NCBI RefSeq assembly: GCF_001194135.2
Contig: NC_068989.1
Coordinates: 81,052,897-81,116,896, forward strand
Direction of reading: 5' to 3'
Length of the DNA stretch: 64,000 bases
Origin: Octopus bimaculoides
Lineage: Eukaryota
The translations under genes were made by a program, and so were the position numbers. Under the pieces are notes generated by a model that saw only the letters and a program-made list of their open reading frames with translations, searched no databases and was not told the DNA's origin. Shown here piece after piece: positions 11,515 through 25,671 of the stretch; the first letter of the stretch is position 1, and the number at the start of each line of letters is the position of its first letter.

Positions 11515-12419
11515 CTTTGATTAAAAAGCTAACAAATACTTCTAGCGAGTCTCCTGAACATTCAAAGAAATTTATTATACATACATAAGTTACAATTTAT
11601 CTTTTTGTGTGTGGGGGGCGGGTTTCAGTGCTCTTACTGCTCATATGAAATAAAAATATCTTTACATATCTTAATAATGATATGTAAAACATCTATTAGG
11701 ATTATAAACAGTTATCTAATTATCTGCTTCCTAGTATCTAAATTTAATCAAAAATTAACTTTTAGCTTCTTTGTGCTTCTTGAGTTGCACCTCTACCACT
11801 TGGTTTGTGGTTAACAAGAACTGGTGAGAAGCAACTTTTTAAGGAATTTTTTTGAAAAATTTTAAAATTAAATTTAGATACTAGGGAAATATGGAATTAA
11901 ATTTAATGAGTTCTATAATTAAATCGAATATAATCCTCAAAAGCTGACAAAAAGTTCACTTAAAAAGATGCTTCTTGTGACGTCTTAACTTTAGTTGTGT
12001 TTTACTACCACAGGACAATGACTAATATTTATTTATTTATCATTTGTTCTTTTTTTTTTACTTTCATGTGGAAATATACTTTAGGTGATTAATTAAAAAG
12101 TCGTAATTGAAGGAATTATCTCCCTTAGGCTTTTTTATGTTGATTACACGCAGAGCTGCACTATAGATAAATTAATTGGTCCATTATGCAGTTCTCTCAG
12201 ATGGTTATGTCAAAACCAGAGTACATTTTAAAACAAATATTGGTATAATAACGGCCTAATATTTTAGGTAAATTGCGTTATAGCTGACCCATATTTCTAA
12301 CAATAATATTTTTGAAGTAGTTGTATGCTGTCAACTAAATCTGAGAGATTTAGAAATGTATTACTAATATATGATATTTTTGTAACGATATTAAAAATTT
12401 TTTCTAAGCTTACTTTATA

Positions 12420-12612
12420 ACCCTTGGTTTTCAGGGAGGGGTTAAGTTAATTACATTAACCTCAGTGTTCAACTGGTATTTAATTTATCGACTCCGAAAG
12501 GGATTAAAGGCAAAGCCGACCTTGGTGGGATTTGAACTCAAAACATAAAGACAGATGAAATGCTGCTAAGCATTTTGTCTGGCGTGTTAATGATTCTGCC
12601 AGCTTGCTGCCT
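12420..12612 (-). mobile_element. SINE family A copy
   Basis: Reverse complement of the family A core. Confidence 0.75.
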
Positions 12613-12764
12613 TATAATAGATAAATATAACCTAACCAACTAAGACAGAGAGTGTTCTGAAAGCATAGTTAGTTACCAGAATAAAAACAAGGTGGGAAAA
12701 ACTCAGGAAGCTATGTCTTCTGTTGATAATAAAAAGATTGTTTCTGAAAGTGAAGAGCACTCCG

Positions 12765-13410
12765 TATAATACTCTTGTATGAAGTGTGATACTGCATGAT
12801 AGAGAAATATGAACATTGAATGTAGAAGATGTGAGAAGGTTGGAAAGAAATGATGTGAGCATACTACACTGGATTTGTAATATAAGGATGGATGAATTAT
12901 GAAGGGAAAATAAGCTGAGAGGAAAAGTGGGTATAAGATAAATCAGTCGTAATGTGCAAGAGAGGAAGACTGTACTAGCATTATAAGTATATACTGCTTT
13001 GCAATGAGTACAGTGAAGAATTCAGGGTAGAGGTAGGGATCCACGAAGGTTCAATCCTCAGCCCCCTCCTATTTATCATAGTCCTCCAGGCGATAACAGA
13101 GGAATTCAAGACAGGATGCCCCTGAGAGCTCCTCTATGCTGATGACCTTGCACTAATTGCTGAGTCACTATCAGAACTAGAGGAGAAGTATCAGGTGTGG
13201 AAGCAAGGACTAGAATCGAAGGGCCTTAGAATCAACCTGATGATGATGATGGAGTACGTCAGTAGACTAAAGAAGTGTGACATTATCCAAGTGGAAGGAA
13301 AACTATGAAAAGAAGACCAAGGAAGATATGAGAAGTAGTGAAGTTAAACATCAAGGGGCTGAGCACCACAAAGATGGTGACAAAGAACTGAAGTTAGTGG
13401 TAAGAGTAAG
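12765..13410 (+). mobile_element. Old degenerate RTE ORF C-terminal fragment, interrupted at about 13000-13250
   Basis: Decayed LNVEDVRRLERN..LHWICN (12820-12880) and GR..RRPRK-like (13300-13330) segments similar to the intact RTE C-terminus at 53930-54223. Confidence 0.55.
13003..13239 (+). pseudogene. RTE-clade reverse transcriptase core fragment (YADD)
   Basis: NEYSEEFRVEVGIHEGSILSPLLFIIVLQAITEEFKTGCP*ELLYADDLALIAESLSELEEKYQVWKQGLESKGLRINL; one TGA stop; followed by (TGA)n. Confidence 0.92.
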
Positions 13411-13959
13411 GCTAGATTAAGACCCATAGAGGCCCCAAGCACTTAAAAGATCTTGGTGAGCCCATATATATGTAATTCAAAATATGAACGATAATAAATC
13501 ATAAAATAAATTTTTATTTTTCAAAATGAAACAAAGTTAACAGTAAAATGGAAAATAATGTTTATTTCTGTATACCTCCACTTTATTTATATTTGAAAAG
13601 TTTCTTCCTACTTTTTTTTATTGCAAAGTCTTCGATCAGATCTGCACTATGACACCATAAACACTTCGAGATTATATTTTCAATCATATAAACCATTTTA
13701 AATATGATTTTAGCAAATTTAAAGTGATTTCTTTTGTGCCATAATCATTTTTTTTTCTTCTGTAGTGACTTGCTTTCCTTGATGTCATAAGCATGTACTT
13801 ATTTTGTTTAATGCATATGTGCATATACCTGCATATTTGAAAAATAATATCATTGTAATGATATTCAAAGAACAAACTGCACAAAATGTGGAAACTATTG
13901 AGACATCTCTCTTTTAATTGCTGGGAAAATTCTCATAAAATCTCTTCTTGATTGACTTG

Positions 13960-15400
13960 ATTCTTTTTACAGAATGAATTTTTCTGTAAAACTAATGTAG
14001 GCTAAGATTTAATTGTGGGACGGTTGACACAATCTTTCCATCATGATGGGGAAATTTCATTCTGTATATGCAGGCTTACAATTTAGTCTTGTGACACCAT
14101 GACAGTTAAAGCTTTTCATGAAGATCTGACAAGGGAGATAATCTATGGGGGAATTTTTCATTCTTCCTAACTGGAACAAGAGTTAAGCAAGTTGGTGTTT
14201 TTGCTCCTACCTTGCAGCTATACTGCAACCAATACCACAAATTTCAGCTGGATTTTCTATCAGGTATCATTATGATGGGAATAATTTCAGGCCTCAGAAA
14301 CTCAAAACAACTGGAAGAACCAATGTCTATAAATGATAATACCAGCAGAGAACACAGTCCTGAAGATCTGTAAACTATTTTGGACATATTTGTCTGAGAA
14401 GTTAATACTTCTAACTATTGATACCCTTAGTGCAAACTCAACCTGGAATAGAAACATCCTCAATTTTTAATTCAAATTTATGACCACCCCATTAAACAAG
14501 TTAACCATTTTTGTTATATGAAAAGTGTCTGCATAAAAGAATGACATTGTATCAATGGAATTTGAAATCATATTCACTTTGTGCATACTTCATTTAGGTA
14601 ATTGTGTAAAACAGTCTTCTGTTGTGACAGAATCAAAACATGCACTAATTTAATAATTTACAAAGAGATTGTTCTCGTGACCTTCTTAAACTGTTGTGAA
14701 GCCTGGGTACTTGATGGAAAAGACATAAGAAGATAAGCACTCTTCCATCTGACAAAACTGGGAATCCTCATGCACATAAGTTAGCAAGATCATATTATGA
14801 ATAATAAAATTCTTGATCAGATCAAACTGAAGAGCATAAAAACATAGGTGTTACATCACCAGCTGACCATACTCAAAGAATGTTAGATCATCAATAGCTG
14901 AAGTTGCTTAAGCAAGGAATGCAACTTGTAGGAGTTCCAAGGTTCTATTACAAGATCAACTAAAGCACACAGTCAGAAACTTAATATTTTCTCATAGACT
15001 CTTGATGCATTGGGTAGTCAGTTGTAAAGAGAAAAATTCTACATTGGAAGCAAATCCTTTGGAAGCAGCGATAAAGAAACTGACTGAAGATGTTGATGAA
15101 GGAAAGCAGGTTGACAGTGAGGACTCTTAGACCCAGCTGTGTTCCAGTTCTCCTGGTCTCTTTGTCAGCATCCTTTAGATAAAAAAAATTGGCTTATATA
15201 ACCATCTTTGATGAATTCAATGGAATAAAATTTTCAGCACCAAGAGACGCCAGTGACAATGATGATGAGTCTGAAGAAGAAGAGCAATATTCACATCTCT
15301 TGCAGACTCTGCCAGACTGGTGTGTTTGAGCTTCAGTTTGAATCTCTGCTGGTTGAGGCTTGAGGACGAAGAGTGAGCAACAAAAAATTATTCCAGAGGC
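13960..15400 (-). mobile_element. Highly decayed CR1/L2/Jockey-type LINE reverse transcriptase region
   Basis: Scattered minus-strand remnants in the expected order: SRVYEKIL (SKVFEKI-like), FDLIKNF (LDISKAF-like) and FYADT (YADD-like); many stops. Confidence 0.45.
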
Positions 15401-15502
15401 AATTACATTTCTTGGGAAAAGTGTTTAAATATAAGGTCCAGAAAGGTGGCAGAGAATAAAGCTAACACAAAGAATAAAGAATAAAGCTAACAAAAGAATG
15501 AG

Positions 15503-15571
15503 TTCTGGTAGAGAATTTCTTTATTTTCTGGTAGAGAATTTCTTTATTTTCTGGTAGAGAATTTCTTTATT
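15503..15571. repeat. Three perfect tandem copies of a 23-bp unit
   Basis: TTCTGGTAGAGAATTTCTTTATT x3 with no spacers. Confidence 0.9.
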
Positions 15572-15734
15572 AAAAAAAAGTTAAGCCATCATAGTAACAC
15601 TAATATATTGCCATCTTTCCTTCAGTTACTATGCAGTAAGGGAGATTGAAGTATATATTGGTGCAATAGGGGCTGTAATGTGTTGTGTTTTTTTTATATT
15701 TACTTAATGGGTCAGGAGGAATGGGTAGTGCTCA

Positions 15735-16070
15735 TAGCTTTTGTAGATTCTTCTAAACCAGTGAGGTTGATGCCATTAATATTTGTGTAGAATCTTTGTC
15801 AGTCAACACCAGTAGGAAAGAGATGAGTAAGGAAGGAATTTTAGAAGGTTTACTTTCTGAGAAGGAAGGATTTGGAATAACGATAAATGGGTGGGGGAGT
15901 GAGAAGGAGTTGGAAACAAAAAAAGATGAGGATATTAGTAGAGACAAGCAAGCTAGGAAGGTGGCATCAACATAGCCAGATCGGAGGAACAGAGGCAATT
16001 ATAGTAGTAGTGATAGAAAAGGCAAAGAGGGGAGTCGGCATGCCTATGGGCCAAAAGTTGAAATGTGCAT
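15735..16070 (-). mobile_element. CR1/L2/Jockey-type LINE ORF2 C-terminal fragment
   Basis: Minus strand LAHRH..LCLFYHYYYNCLCSSDLAMLMPP..HPF, matching the SLFYRYY..CSSEL C-terminal motif of these LINEs. Confidence 0.65.
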
Positions 16071-17744
16071 GTGGTTATTTGTGCATTTGGTAGTTACGCC
16101 ATCACAGATGTGTGAGCAACACTCAAATACTGAGCACATTTTTGTTTTGAAGAGAGAGAGAGAGAGGAGTGAATAAAAATAGAAAATACACAATAAAAAT
16201 TAAAAAAAAAAAACAAGAAAGAAATAGGTAAATAGGTATTTTAAACTATATTAACAAGAAATTTCATGGAAATTATATGAAGCCTAAAAATATACTGTTG
16301 CTGTGTTCTTCTCACCAATATTTTTCTTTTTTTTTTTTTTTGTAAGAAATATCAAAATTTCATAAAATGGCAATCTTCAACTCAATACTTGATTGATACT
16401 TATTTTATTAACTTCCCCATGCCCCAAGCAAGGTGAAATGTCCAGTTAGATTTCAGTAGGATTTGAAATCAGAACATAAATGGTTGCAACCAAACATTAA
16501 GATTTTTGTCTGATAGTCTACCGATTCTACCAATAGAAAAGAAATTCAATATTATTGTGAGGAACAAATTAAGCTTGTATGTTTTTCAGTGCTAACTCAT
16601 AGCTGAATGGTAGATAGAAAAAAATGCTAGATATTTCTATATTTGTAAACAGAATGCTAGTTATCCTGTTGAACAAACTATGTCTGTCATATCAAGTGAT
16701 TACAGCTATATCTCCACAGCTGAAAACTGAACTGGTTTTGATGTAAAAACGATCTAGTTATCTATAGCCCAAACTTAAAAAACACAAACAAACAGATAAC
16801 TTACTTAACTCTCCTGTGAGATAGAGAATCAAATTTATTTTGTTTTCAACATAATATAACACTTAAAATTGGCTGAGGTGTATGAGGGAAATAACAACTT
16901 ACTGGCTGATAAATATACATTTGAAATCCTGGTATTATGTTATGTCTCTGCTAAAAACATTTAATTTTAATTTGACTCAGTTCAGTCTAAGACTTCTTGC
17001 AAACTCAAGCAAATGCACAGCAGCATTTTCAACAGATGACATAAAGCTACCCCTCCTTCCCTTAAATACACTCCCACTCAGTCAGAGACATTTTCCCTTT
17101 TCCTTTCTTTACTCTGTGTTGCAAGTTACTTGGTGACCTCACTAGTACTACAGTCATGAAGAAAGCACCAAGTACAGATTCTAAAGAGGTTGGCATTAGA
17201 AAGTGCATCCAGCTGTTGAAACCATGCCGAAGCTAACATTAGGGCCTGATCCAACCCATGCCAGCATGAAAAATGGATATAAAAATGATGATGATGATGN
17301 NNNNNNNNNGATGATGATGATGATGATGGAGGTGGTGGTGGTGGTGGTGGTGGTGGTGAAGAAGACGAAACACATGCACACACACATATATATATTTGTA
17401 TATACATATATACATGTGCACACACACAGGGCTACACTGTCCAATATGTCTTGCATATTTTTAACATAGGGGTGTATGATATGAGAGAGATTACATTACT
17501 ATTTTTAGTAGGTCATAAAAGCTTATGTTAGTTTGCAATGGTGAGATCAAGTCCTACAATAGACCTGGAGAAGATAAGAAATCAGTCAACGAGATGCTTC
17601 ATGATGAGTAAGCAAGGTTCAAACATATCCTTGATTTAGAAGGAGTTACAAAAATTGAATGTAGATATGGCTGAGTGATTATAATGTTTCCTTTTACAAA
17701 AATGTGGCTCAGAGTTTGATCCCACTGAGTGACGCCAAGGGCCA

Positions 17745-17836
17745 CTATCTATCTATCTATCTATCTATCTATCTGTCTGTCTGCCTGCCTGCCTGCCTAC
17801 CTGCCTACCTACTTACCTACCTACCTACCTACCTAC

Positions 17837-17890
<54 letters not shown>

Positions 17891-17902
17891 CTATATATAT
17901 AT
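17745..17902. repeat. Compound tetranucleotide microsatellite (CTAT/CTGT/CTGC/CTAC) running into (TA)n and a gap
   Basis: Seen directly in the sequence. Confidence 0.95.
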
Positions 17903-18098
17903 NNNNNNNNNNNNNNNNNNNNNNNNNNNNNNNNNNNNNNNNNNNNNNNNNNNNNNNNNNNNNNNNNNNNNNNNNNNNNNNNNNNNNNNNNNNNNNNNNN
18001 NNNNNNNNNNNNNNNNNNNNNNNNNNNNNNNNNNNNNNNNNNNNNNNNNNNNNNNNNNNNNNNNNNNNNNNNNNNNNNNNNNNACACACACACACATA

Positions 18099-18393
18099 TG
18101 CCAGTACTGCCTGACTGGCTCCCATGCCAGTGGCATGTACAAAGCGCCATTTGAGCATGGTCGATGCCAGTGCCACCTGACTGGTCCCCATGCTAGCGGC
18201 ACATAAAAAGCACTCACTGCACTCTTGGAGTAGTTGGCATTAGGAAGAGCATCCAGCTGTAGAAACCTTGCCAGATCAGATTGGAGCCTGGTGCAGCCTT
18301 CTGACTTGCCAGTCCTCAGTCAAACCATCCAACCCATGCCAAGATGGAAAGCGGACGCTAAACGACAATGATGATGAGATGATGATGATGATG
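18099..18393 (+). mobile_element. RTE 3' UTR fragment with two ~65-bp subunits
   Basis: TGCCAGT..CTGACTGGC..GTGCCxGTGGCAxGTAxAAAGC units, then the GGCATTAGGAAG.GCATCCAGCTGTAGAAAC tail and (GAT)n. Confidence 0.85.
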
Positions 18394-18699
18394 ATGGTGG
18401 TGGTAGTGGTGGTGGTGGTGGTGATGATATATATACATATACAAAAATTAGACGATGAAGGAATAAGCAATTATCTTATTGACTTCATTGGCTTACAACT
18501 GTTTCTGCTGTAAGATGCAGTGGACTTATAGTTACTCTGAGTAATTATCAGTAACCCGAGTAACTATATAGCTTTATCAGTGCCTCAATTATGAAGTGCA
18601 AATATTTCACTCTGTACCTAACTAATGCTTCATTCTGAAGCAGTGTATATTGAGTTCTACACCGGCTATTAGTATCGCAGTGCCTAAGCAAAATATTAA

Positions 18700-18890
18700 A
18701 ACATATATATACAAATATATAAACAACGGGCTTCTTTCAGTTTCTATCAACCAAACTCACTCACAAAGCAGTTGTCAGCATGGAGTTATCGTAGGAGACA
18801 CTTGCCCCAAGGTGCTTCACCATGGGATTGAACCCAAAACCATGTAGCTGCAAAGCAAGCTTCTTAATTTCACAGCCATACCTGCATCTA
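18700..18890 (-). mobile_element. SINE family B (tRNA-derived head) fragment
   Basis: Reverse complement of GGCTGTG..AAGAAGCTTGCTT..CATGGTT..GGTTCAATCCCA..TTGGGCAAGTGTC. Confidence 0.7.
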
Positions 18891-19179
18891 TTTTTACCAT
18901 ACAACCATGATGGCACCAGTGTAAAAATAACCAGAGAAAGGGATCTTGAATATGAGATGGTGAAATAAATACATGCTTAAATGAAGAATCTAGGAAGTGA
19001 ATTCATGAATTCTTTGTTCTTTAGTTAGTGTAATAACATAATGTTTAGAGAAAAAGCAATAACCATATGGTTTGTAATCCAGCACCTCATCTTTACAATC
19101 ATTGAGCCTCAGTAAGATGTTCAAGTTGATTGAAATGAATCTCTTAAAAACAGCTGTTGAGAGCGTGTGAGCTGATAGG

Positions 19180-19219
<40 letters not shown>

Positions 19220-19526
19220 TGATGATGATGATAATAATAATAGTAATAATAATAATAATAATAATAAAAATAGTAATAATGATTTTCCTTTTTACTTTTT
19301 TCCCCCTTTATTTTCTTTGTTTTCCATTTTTTTCATTTTTACCTTTTTCTCTTTTTCTTTCTTCCCCCTTTTCTCACAACACTTTGCAAATGAACAATCT
19401 GGTGTGTTTATTTTAATGGCCTAAGTTGTTGACTTCGGCAGAATTTGAACTCAGAAGATAGAGACGGCTAAAATGCTGCTAAGCATTTAGCCCAGCATGC
19501 CAACAATTCTGCCAGCTTGACACCTC

Positions 19527-19574
<48 letters not shown>

Positions 19575-19779
19575 CTTTTCTATTCTAGGCACAAGGCCCG
19601 AAATTTTAGGGGAGGGGACCAGTCGATTAAATCGACTCCAGTACACAACTGGTACTTAATTTATCGACCTCGAAAGGATGAAAGGCAAAGTCAACCTCGG
19701 CCGAATTTGAACTTAGAACATAAAGACAGACGAAATATCACTAAGCATGTCGCCCAGCGTGCTAACGTTTCTGCCAGCT
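19575..19779 (-). mobile_element. Young SINE family A copy next to an (AAT)n tract
   Basis: CpG-rich, near-consensus family A sequence adjoining (AAT)n at 19528-19573. Confidence 0.85.
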
Positions 19780-20964
19780 TAACAGCAACAACAACAATAA
19801 TTACAGTAACGCAAACAGAAGATGTTAAATGAGACTGGTAAATTAAACATTGCAAAATAATTTATTGCAAACCACAGATAAAGTAAGACATTACAGAAAA
19901 TTCAACTGACTAAAACATCTCTTAAAGTTGATATATACATATATAAACATGAATGCTTAGCAGCTGTTGTGAATGTATGAGCTGTCAGTTCCATTTATTT
20001 CTGATACACCCCCAACTATCATTGCTCTGCACTGCTAGCCATCACGCTCCCTCTCTCCCAGGTCACTTGTTATTGACATCTATTACCCTCTCTTACCATC
20101 ATCCATCTTTATAACTATTCATCACCTCCCTCTCTCTCTTTCTCTCTAACCAGCAAACATCTTCTGTATTATTAGCTAGCATTTCCTTTCTTTTAGGTTA
20201 CTTGTTATTGATATTCATTTTTCTCTCTTACCATCGACCATTTCTATTTATTCATTACTCTATATTTATCCATTGCAACTTGCTCTTACTGTTTATTATC
20301 AACAAACACTTAGCTGACACCACTGTTTCTCTCCCATTATTCTCTGTCATCACTGTCTCTCATCCATTACTCCTTCCAGCACTGACTCTTCCATAACTCA
20401 ATCCCTTACCATCTTCTCACTCAATCACACTGTTTATCCCGTCATATTCACCCTTTTCTATTTTACCCTTTCACTATAGTTCATCTTCTGTCATTGCCCA
20501 CTCTTTTATTTACTCTCTTGGTCATGGTACCTTGAATGAATAGTGATACTATAGACTAGTGAGGATTCTTTAGTGTTGTGAGGGACAAGGCAACATCATT
20601 GGTGTTGGTGCCACAGTAAAATGCATCCAAGAAACTTTGTGAAGTGATTGATGAATGAGTAAAGATGACATAAGGTAGAAAAGTCTCTTTAGTCTTGCTG
20701 AGAACATGAAAACCTCTTTAGGGCTGGTGCCATGATAAAATACACCTAGTACACTTTGTAAAGTAGTTGAAATTAGGAAGGGTACCCAGTCCTAGAAACC
20801 ATGCCAAAAAATGGAATATACAAATAAAATGTGTCTTCCAACTCATCTAAGAGGGCAATTATTGACAGACTCTGATCATGGCAACTTGTCCATCCTATTT
20901 CAAAGTAGATGTAAAATGGTAGTGGTGATGATAATTGCAAGCCTTGTGCCCAAAATTTGGTGTA

Positions 20965-21180
20965 AGGGCAGTAAGCTAGTAGAATCATTAAAGTGTCAAA
21001 AAATGGCCTGGTGGCATTTCTGACTCTTTACATTCTGGGCTCAAATTCCGCTGAGGTTGTCTTTTCCTTTCATTCTTTTGGGATCAATGAAGTAAGTACC
21101 AGTTAAGTATTGGAATCAACCTAATCGACTTGCTTCCTCCCCATAAATTCCTGGCCTTGTGCCAAAATTTGAAACCATTA
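20965..21180 (+). mobile_element. SINE family A copy
   Basis: Family A core sequence. Confidence 0.7.
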
Positions 21181-22074
21181 TTGTTATAATTTTTATTTTG
21201 TTTAAAATAGGGTTTGATATTTTTGAGAATGAAAATATCAACTGGATTAATGTAATAAAATTACATGTCTCACATTTCATTCTTGAAAGGAAAATGTCCT
21301 TATGCAACTAATAACATTAATTTAAGCCTTTCTCAGAAATATGATTTAGCACAACATTTAAAATGTCAAAAATGTTCAATGAAATATCTTTAAAATTATG
21401 TTTTTTTCTTTTCAGATGTAATAATAGACCCATTATCTAGGGTCTATTTTTTTTCAATCTACAATTTCTATTTTTCATTTGTGTAAACCTTTCTTCATTT
21501 CCAGCTGTTCCCTTTTCATTATGAGAAATTAATGTTTTAACCATACCATCTTAAGAACTCTGCTGCACATATAATACTTTACAATAAGATATTTCTATGG
21601 TGTTTGTTAGTTTCTTTGTATAAATGGATATCAATTTGAATTATTAAAAGCAAAGCAATTACTCACAGTATTTTGAAGTAATTTTTCACATTGATTTAAT
21701 CATACACTAACATATTATTTGGGACTGACTTTTATTGATATAATGTTTCAATAAATTTAAAAAATTTAATTTTTCTATTTAATATTTCTTCTTTTTCTTT
21801 TTACATTTTGTAAAATGGCAACTTTATCGATGAAATTAATGTAATTAATCAATGAGGAAAATTAGCTATTATATTCAAGATTAGATTTCATTTTTGGTTA
21901 GCTTTTTTTTTTGTAATTTTTCAATAAATTTAGTTATAAATTATTCTAGACATCTATTTTTTGAAAAAATAATTTGAAAGTATAATTTTTGAAATATAAT
22001 TTCAAAATACAACTTGAAAATATAGCTTCTAATATATCGATTTCTTTTAACAAGATGTAAGGCTGGTTTTCAAA

Positions 22075-22288
22075 GAAGAGGGGCTGTGTGGTTAAGAAGG
22101 TTACTTTGAAGCCGTGTGGTTTCAAGTTCAATCTCAATGTGTTGCACATAGTTTTGAGTTGACCAATGCATTGTCAGTGAAGTTTGGTAGATGGAAACTG
22201 TGAGGAGCCTGTCATGTATGTACATACATACATACATACATATATATAATGTGTGTGTGTGTGTGTGTATTTATATATATATGTATGC

Positions 22289-22323
<35 letters not shown>

Positions 22324-22766
22324 CATATATATATANNNNNNNNNNNNNNNNNNNNNNNNNNNNNNNNNNNNNNNNNNNNNNNNNNNNNNNNNNNNNNNNN
22401 NNNNNNNNNNNNNNNNNNNNNNNNNNNNNNNNNNNNNNNNNNNNNNNNNNNNNNNNNNNNNNNNNNNNNNNNNNNNNNNNNNNNNNNNNNNNNNNNNNNN
22501 NNNNNNNNNNNNNNNNNNNNNNNNNNNNNNNNNNNNNNNNNNNNNNNNNNNNNNNNNNNNNNNNNNNNNNNNNNNNNNNNNNNNNNNNNNNNNNNNNNNN
22601 NNNNNNNNNNNNNNNNNNNCGTAACTTAGCGGCTCGGCAAAAGAGACCAATAGAATAAGTACTAGGCTTACAAAGAATAATCTCTGGGGTCGATTTGCTC
22701 GACTAAAGGCGGTGCTCCAGCATGGCCGCAGTCAAATGACTGAAATAAGTAAAAGAGTAAAAGAGT
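22075..22766 (+). mobile_element. SINE family B head, internal (TA/TG)n, gap, and young B tail (may be two copies)
   Basis: Head at about 22080-22210; tail CGTAACTTAGCGG..GGGGTCGATTTGCTCGACTAAAGGCGGTGCTCCAGCATGGCCGCAG..GTAAAAGAGTAAAAGAGT at 22620-22766. Confidence 0.75.
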
Positions 22767-23253
22767 ATATATATATAGTAATGTTTGTTTTAATGTTTAG
22801 TTATAATAAAAACAATTTTACATTAATCTGATTGGTTACTCTATATTTTTGTAAAGTACAACTTCATTATTCTTAAAAAAAGAATGTATAAGAATAGTAA
22901 TGCAGTTTGATGATGTCTTAGCTGGCCAAATTTTCAAAGTCACTGCCAATAACATTCTTGTTTAAGAATAATGTGTGTGTGCATGTGTGTGTGTATAAAC
23001 AAGGTGATTCATAAGTAGCACCCAGTTTCTGGGAACTGAATATATGACTTAATTTGGAAACTGAAAACATGTTTTTTTAAAATTTATTTTATTTATTTCT
23101 ACCTTCTTACACATTGTTATATAAGTAACAAACAAAGAACAGACTGATAGCGGTAAAACAAGAATTTGGAGTCAAAAGTATCTCCCAATTGATAAATTAT
23201 ACATATCAACCCTAAAACAGGAATTGAGCATTACTATTGACTCACCCTGTATG

Positions 23254-23320
<67 letters not shown>

Positions 23321-24315
23321 NNNNNNNNNNNNNNNNNNNNNNNNNNNNNNNNNNNNNNNNNNNNNNNNNNNNNNNNNNNNNNNNNNNNNNNNNNNNNNNN
23401 NNNNNNNNNNNNNNNNNNNNNNNNNNNNNNNNNNNNNNNNNNNNNNNNNNNNNNNNNNNNNNNNNNNNNNNNNNNNNNNNNNNNNNNNNNNNNNNNNNNN
23501 NNNNNNNNNNNNNNNNNNNNNNNNNNNNNNNNNNNNNNNNNNNNNNATATGTATATGTATATATGTATGTATGTATGCATATTACAAATACAAGTATCAT
23601 ACAACATAAGTCCTTGATTTATTAAAAATATCTCTGCCTCTTGAGGATGTATCATAATTACTAAATGGTAATTAAAATCTGCTTCACTTGAGACTAGGAG
23701 ATAGTCTTAAGATTTCAAACTTCTCCAAAGTTGACATGTCATAAAGGAAAAGATCAGGCTTGTTGTCTGAAGATAAAAGAACTGACGTGGACACGTGTTT
23801 CTGGGTCAAGAGCTATCATCAGCACAAGGATTTTCTGATCTTATCTACAGTAAACTTGCTCAAAAAAGAGTAGAACACATTTATAGTGTAGATAATTTAC
23901 ATAATTTAAATACCTGTATTTGCTGGCCACCTGAGTTATTTCTCTAAGCTCATTTCAGTTTGTGTGTGTGTGTGTGAAAGGAATAGGCATAGATAATAAT
24001 ATTGGGGAGAAGAAACAAAAAAAAGAAGAAAAAAATTAACCATTCATCAGCTGTTTCACTAAATATTCTAGCAGTTTCAATGCTCAGACAGAACTGCATA
24101 TTTAAGGAACATTAAAAGCCATTATATACAGTTGTGAGATGAAAAGAACTAGTAAAACATAAATTTGAGTCTTAACAAGAGGACAGAGAAAATACACAGA
24201 GAGGGAAAAGATGCATGGAAAAGTACCTAGGACAGAGGAAAAGATAAATATAGGTTTAATTATGATAAAATTGAATAAAAATGTCATTTATGATAAAAAT
24301 GTAAATTAGTAGTAA

Positions 24316-24673
24316 GGCGCAGGAGTGGCTGTGTGGTAAGTAGCTTGCTTACCAACCACATGGCTCCGGGTTCAGTCCCACTGTGTGGCATCTTGGGCAA
24401 GTGTCTTCTACTGTAGCGTGGATTTGGTAGACGGAAACTGAAAGAAGCCCATCGTATATATATATATATGTTTGTGTGTCTGTGTCTGTCTCCCTAGCAT
24501 TGCTTGACAACCGATGCTGGTGTGTTTATGTCCCCGTCACTTAGCGGTTTGGCAAAAGAGACCAATAGAATAAGTACTAGGCTTACAAAGAATAAGTCCC
24601 AGGGTCGATTTGCTCGACTAAAGGTGGTGCTCCAGCATAGCCGCAGTCAAATGACTGAAACAAGTAAAAGAGT
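24316..24673 (+). mobile_element. Near full-length SINE family B
   Basis: Starts GGCGCAGGAGTGGCTGTGTGGTAAG (A-box-like) with GGTTCAGTCCC (B-box-like), central microsatellite and conserved tail; AGTAGT on both flanks is a possible TSD. Confidence 0.9.
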
Positions 24674-25214
24674 AGTTGATTATAATGAAAATAAAGGTAA
24701 TGAGCTGGCAGAATCATTAGCTCATCAGACAAAATGCTTAATGGCATTCCTTCAGAATCTTTATGTTCCATTTTCACATTCCACTGTGGCGTTTCATTCA
24801 TTCATTTATGGTCAATAAAGGAGAGGGGATCAGTGTTCCATTCATGGTGTATATTGTGATTTCAGTCACTTCTATGCCATAGAAACTGGATAATCAGCCT
24901 TATGAGTTCAAGAGTTCACGAAAAATAGAAAAATAAATGAAAATAAACAAAGCAACACAAAACAATGGAGCTACAAATACATTGCAAAAACAGAGAAAGG
25001 AAATAAAAGCTTAATTGCTTGGATGAAGTCCTTAAACAAATAATGGACAAAGATACATGTACTTGCTAGGCAAGGTGAAAGACAAAAGAAATATCAGTGA
25101 CCAGAATGGAAGCAGGTAGACTAAAGAAATATTAGTGGTCAGAATGGAAGCAGATAGTGGTGAGCTGGGAATGGAAGGAAAGAGTGGGGTGATGGTGGAG
25201 GGAGTAGAAAGGGA

Positions 25215-25217
<3 letters not shown>

Positions 25218-25296
<79 letters not shown>

Positions 25297-25298
25297 AA
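25218..25298. repeat. (GA)n microsatellite
   Basis: Seen directly in the sequence. Confidence 0.95.
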
Positions 25299-25671
25299 GA
25301 GATGACAAAATAAAGAGGGGCAGGGTGAGAGAAAAGAAAGAGAACAAGAAGAGAGAGGGAGTGTGTGTGTGGTTGTAAAAAATTTTTAAATGTATTACAA
25401 CAATTAGAACCTGGCCATTGGTCAACCAATGTTCACTCTGTTGCATGTATTTAGGTCAGGCGTCTGGTTAGAGAATAACTCCCTCATTCTTTCCCACAAA
25501 TCACACAGACCATGGGAAAAAAAGTGATGGATGTTAATCTTTCATCCCTGGCTAAATGGTAAAAAAGGAAGAAAAGACAATGCAGTTCTAGAAATCTAGA
25601 CAGCTTTAAAAATATGACAGGATGGTCAAGGTTGGAATGGGCTAAACAACATTAAAAAGAAAATATTTATG

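Noticed and set aside
15503-15571. 23-bp repeats as a CRISPR-like array
   Set aside because: Head-to-tail copies with no spacers, eukaryotic context and no cas genes.
18527-21448. Short perfect hairpins at 18527-18568 (11 bp) and 21423-21448 (9 bp)
   Set aside because: About one to several such stems are expected by chance in 64 kb of AT-rich DNA.
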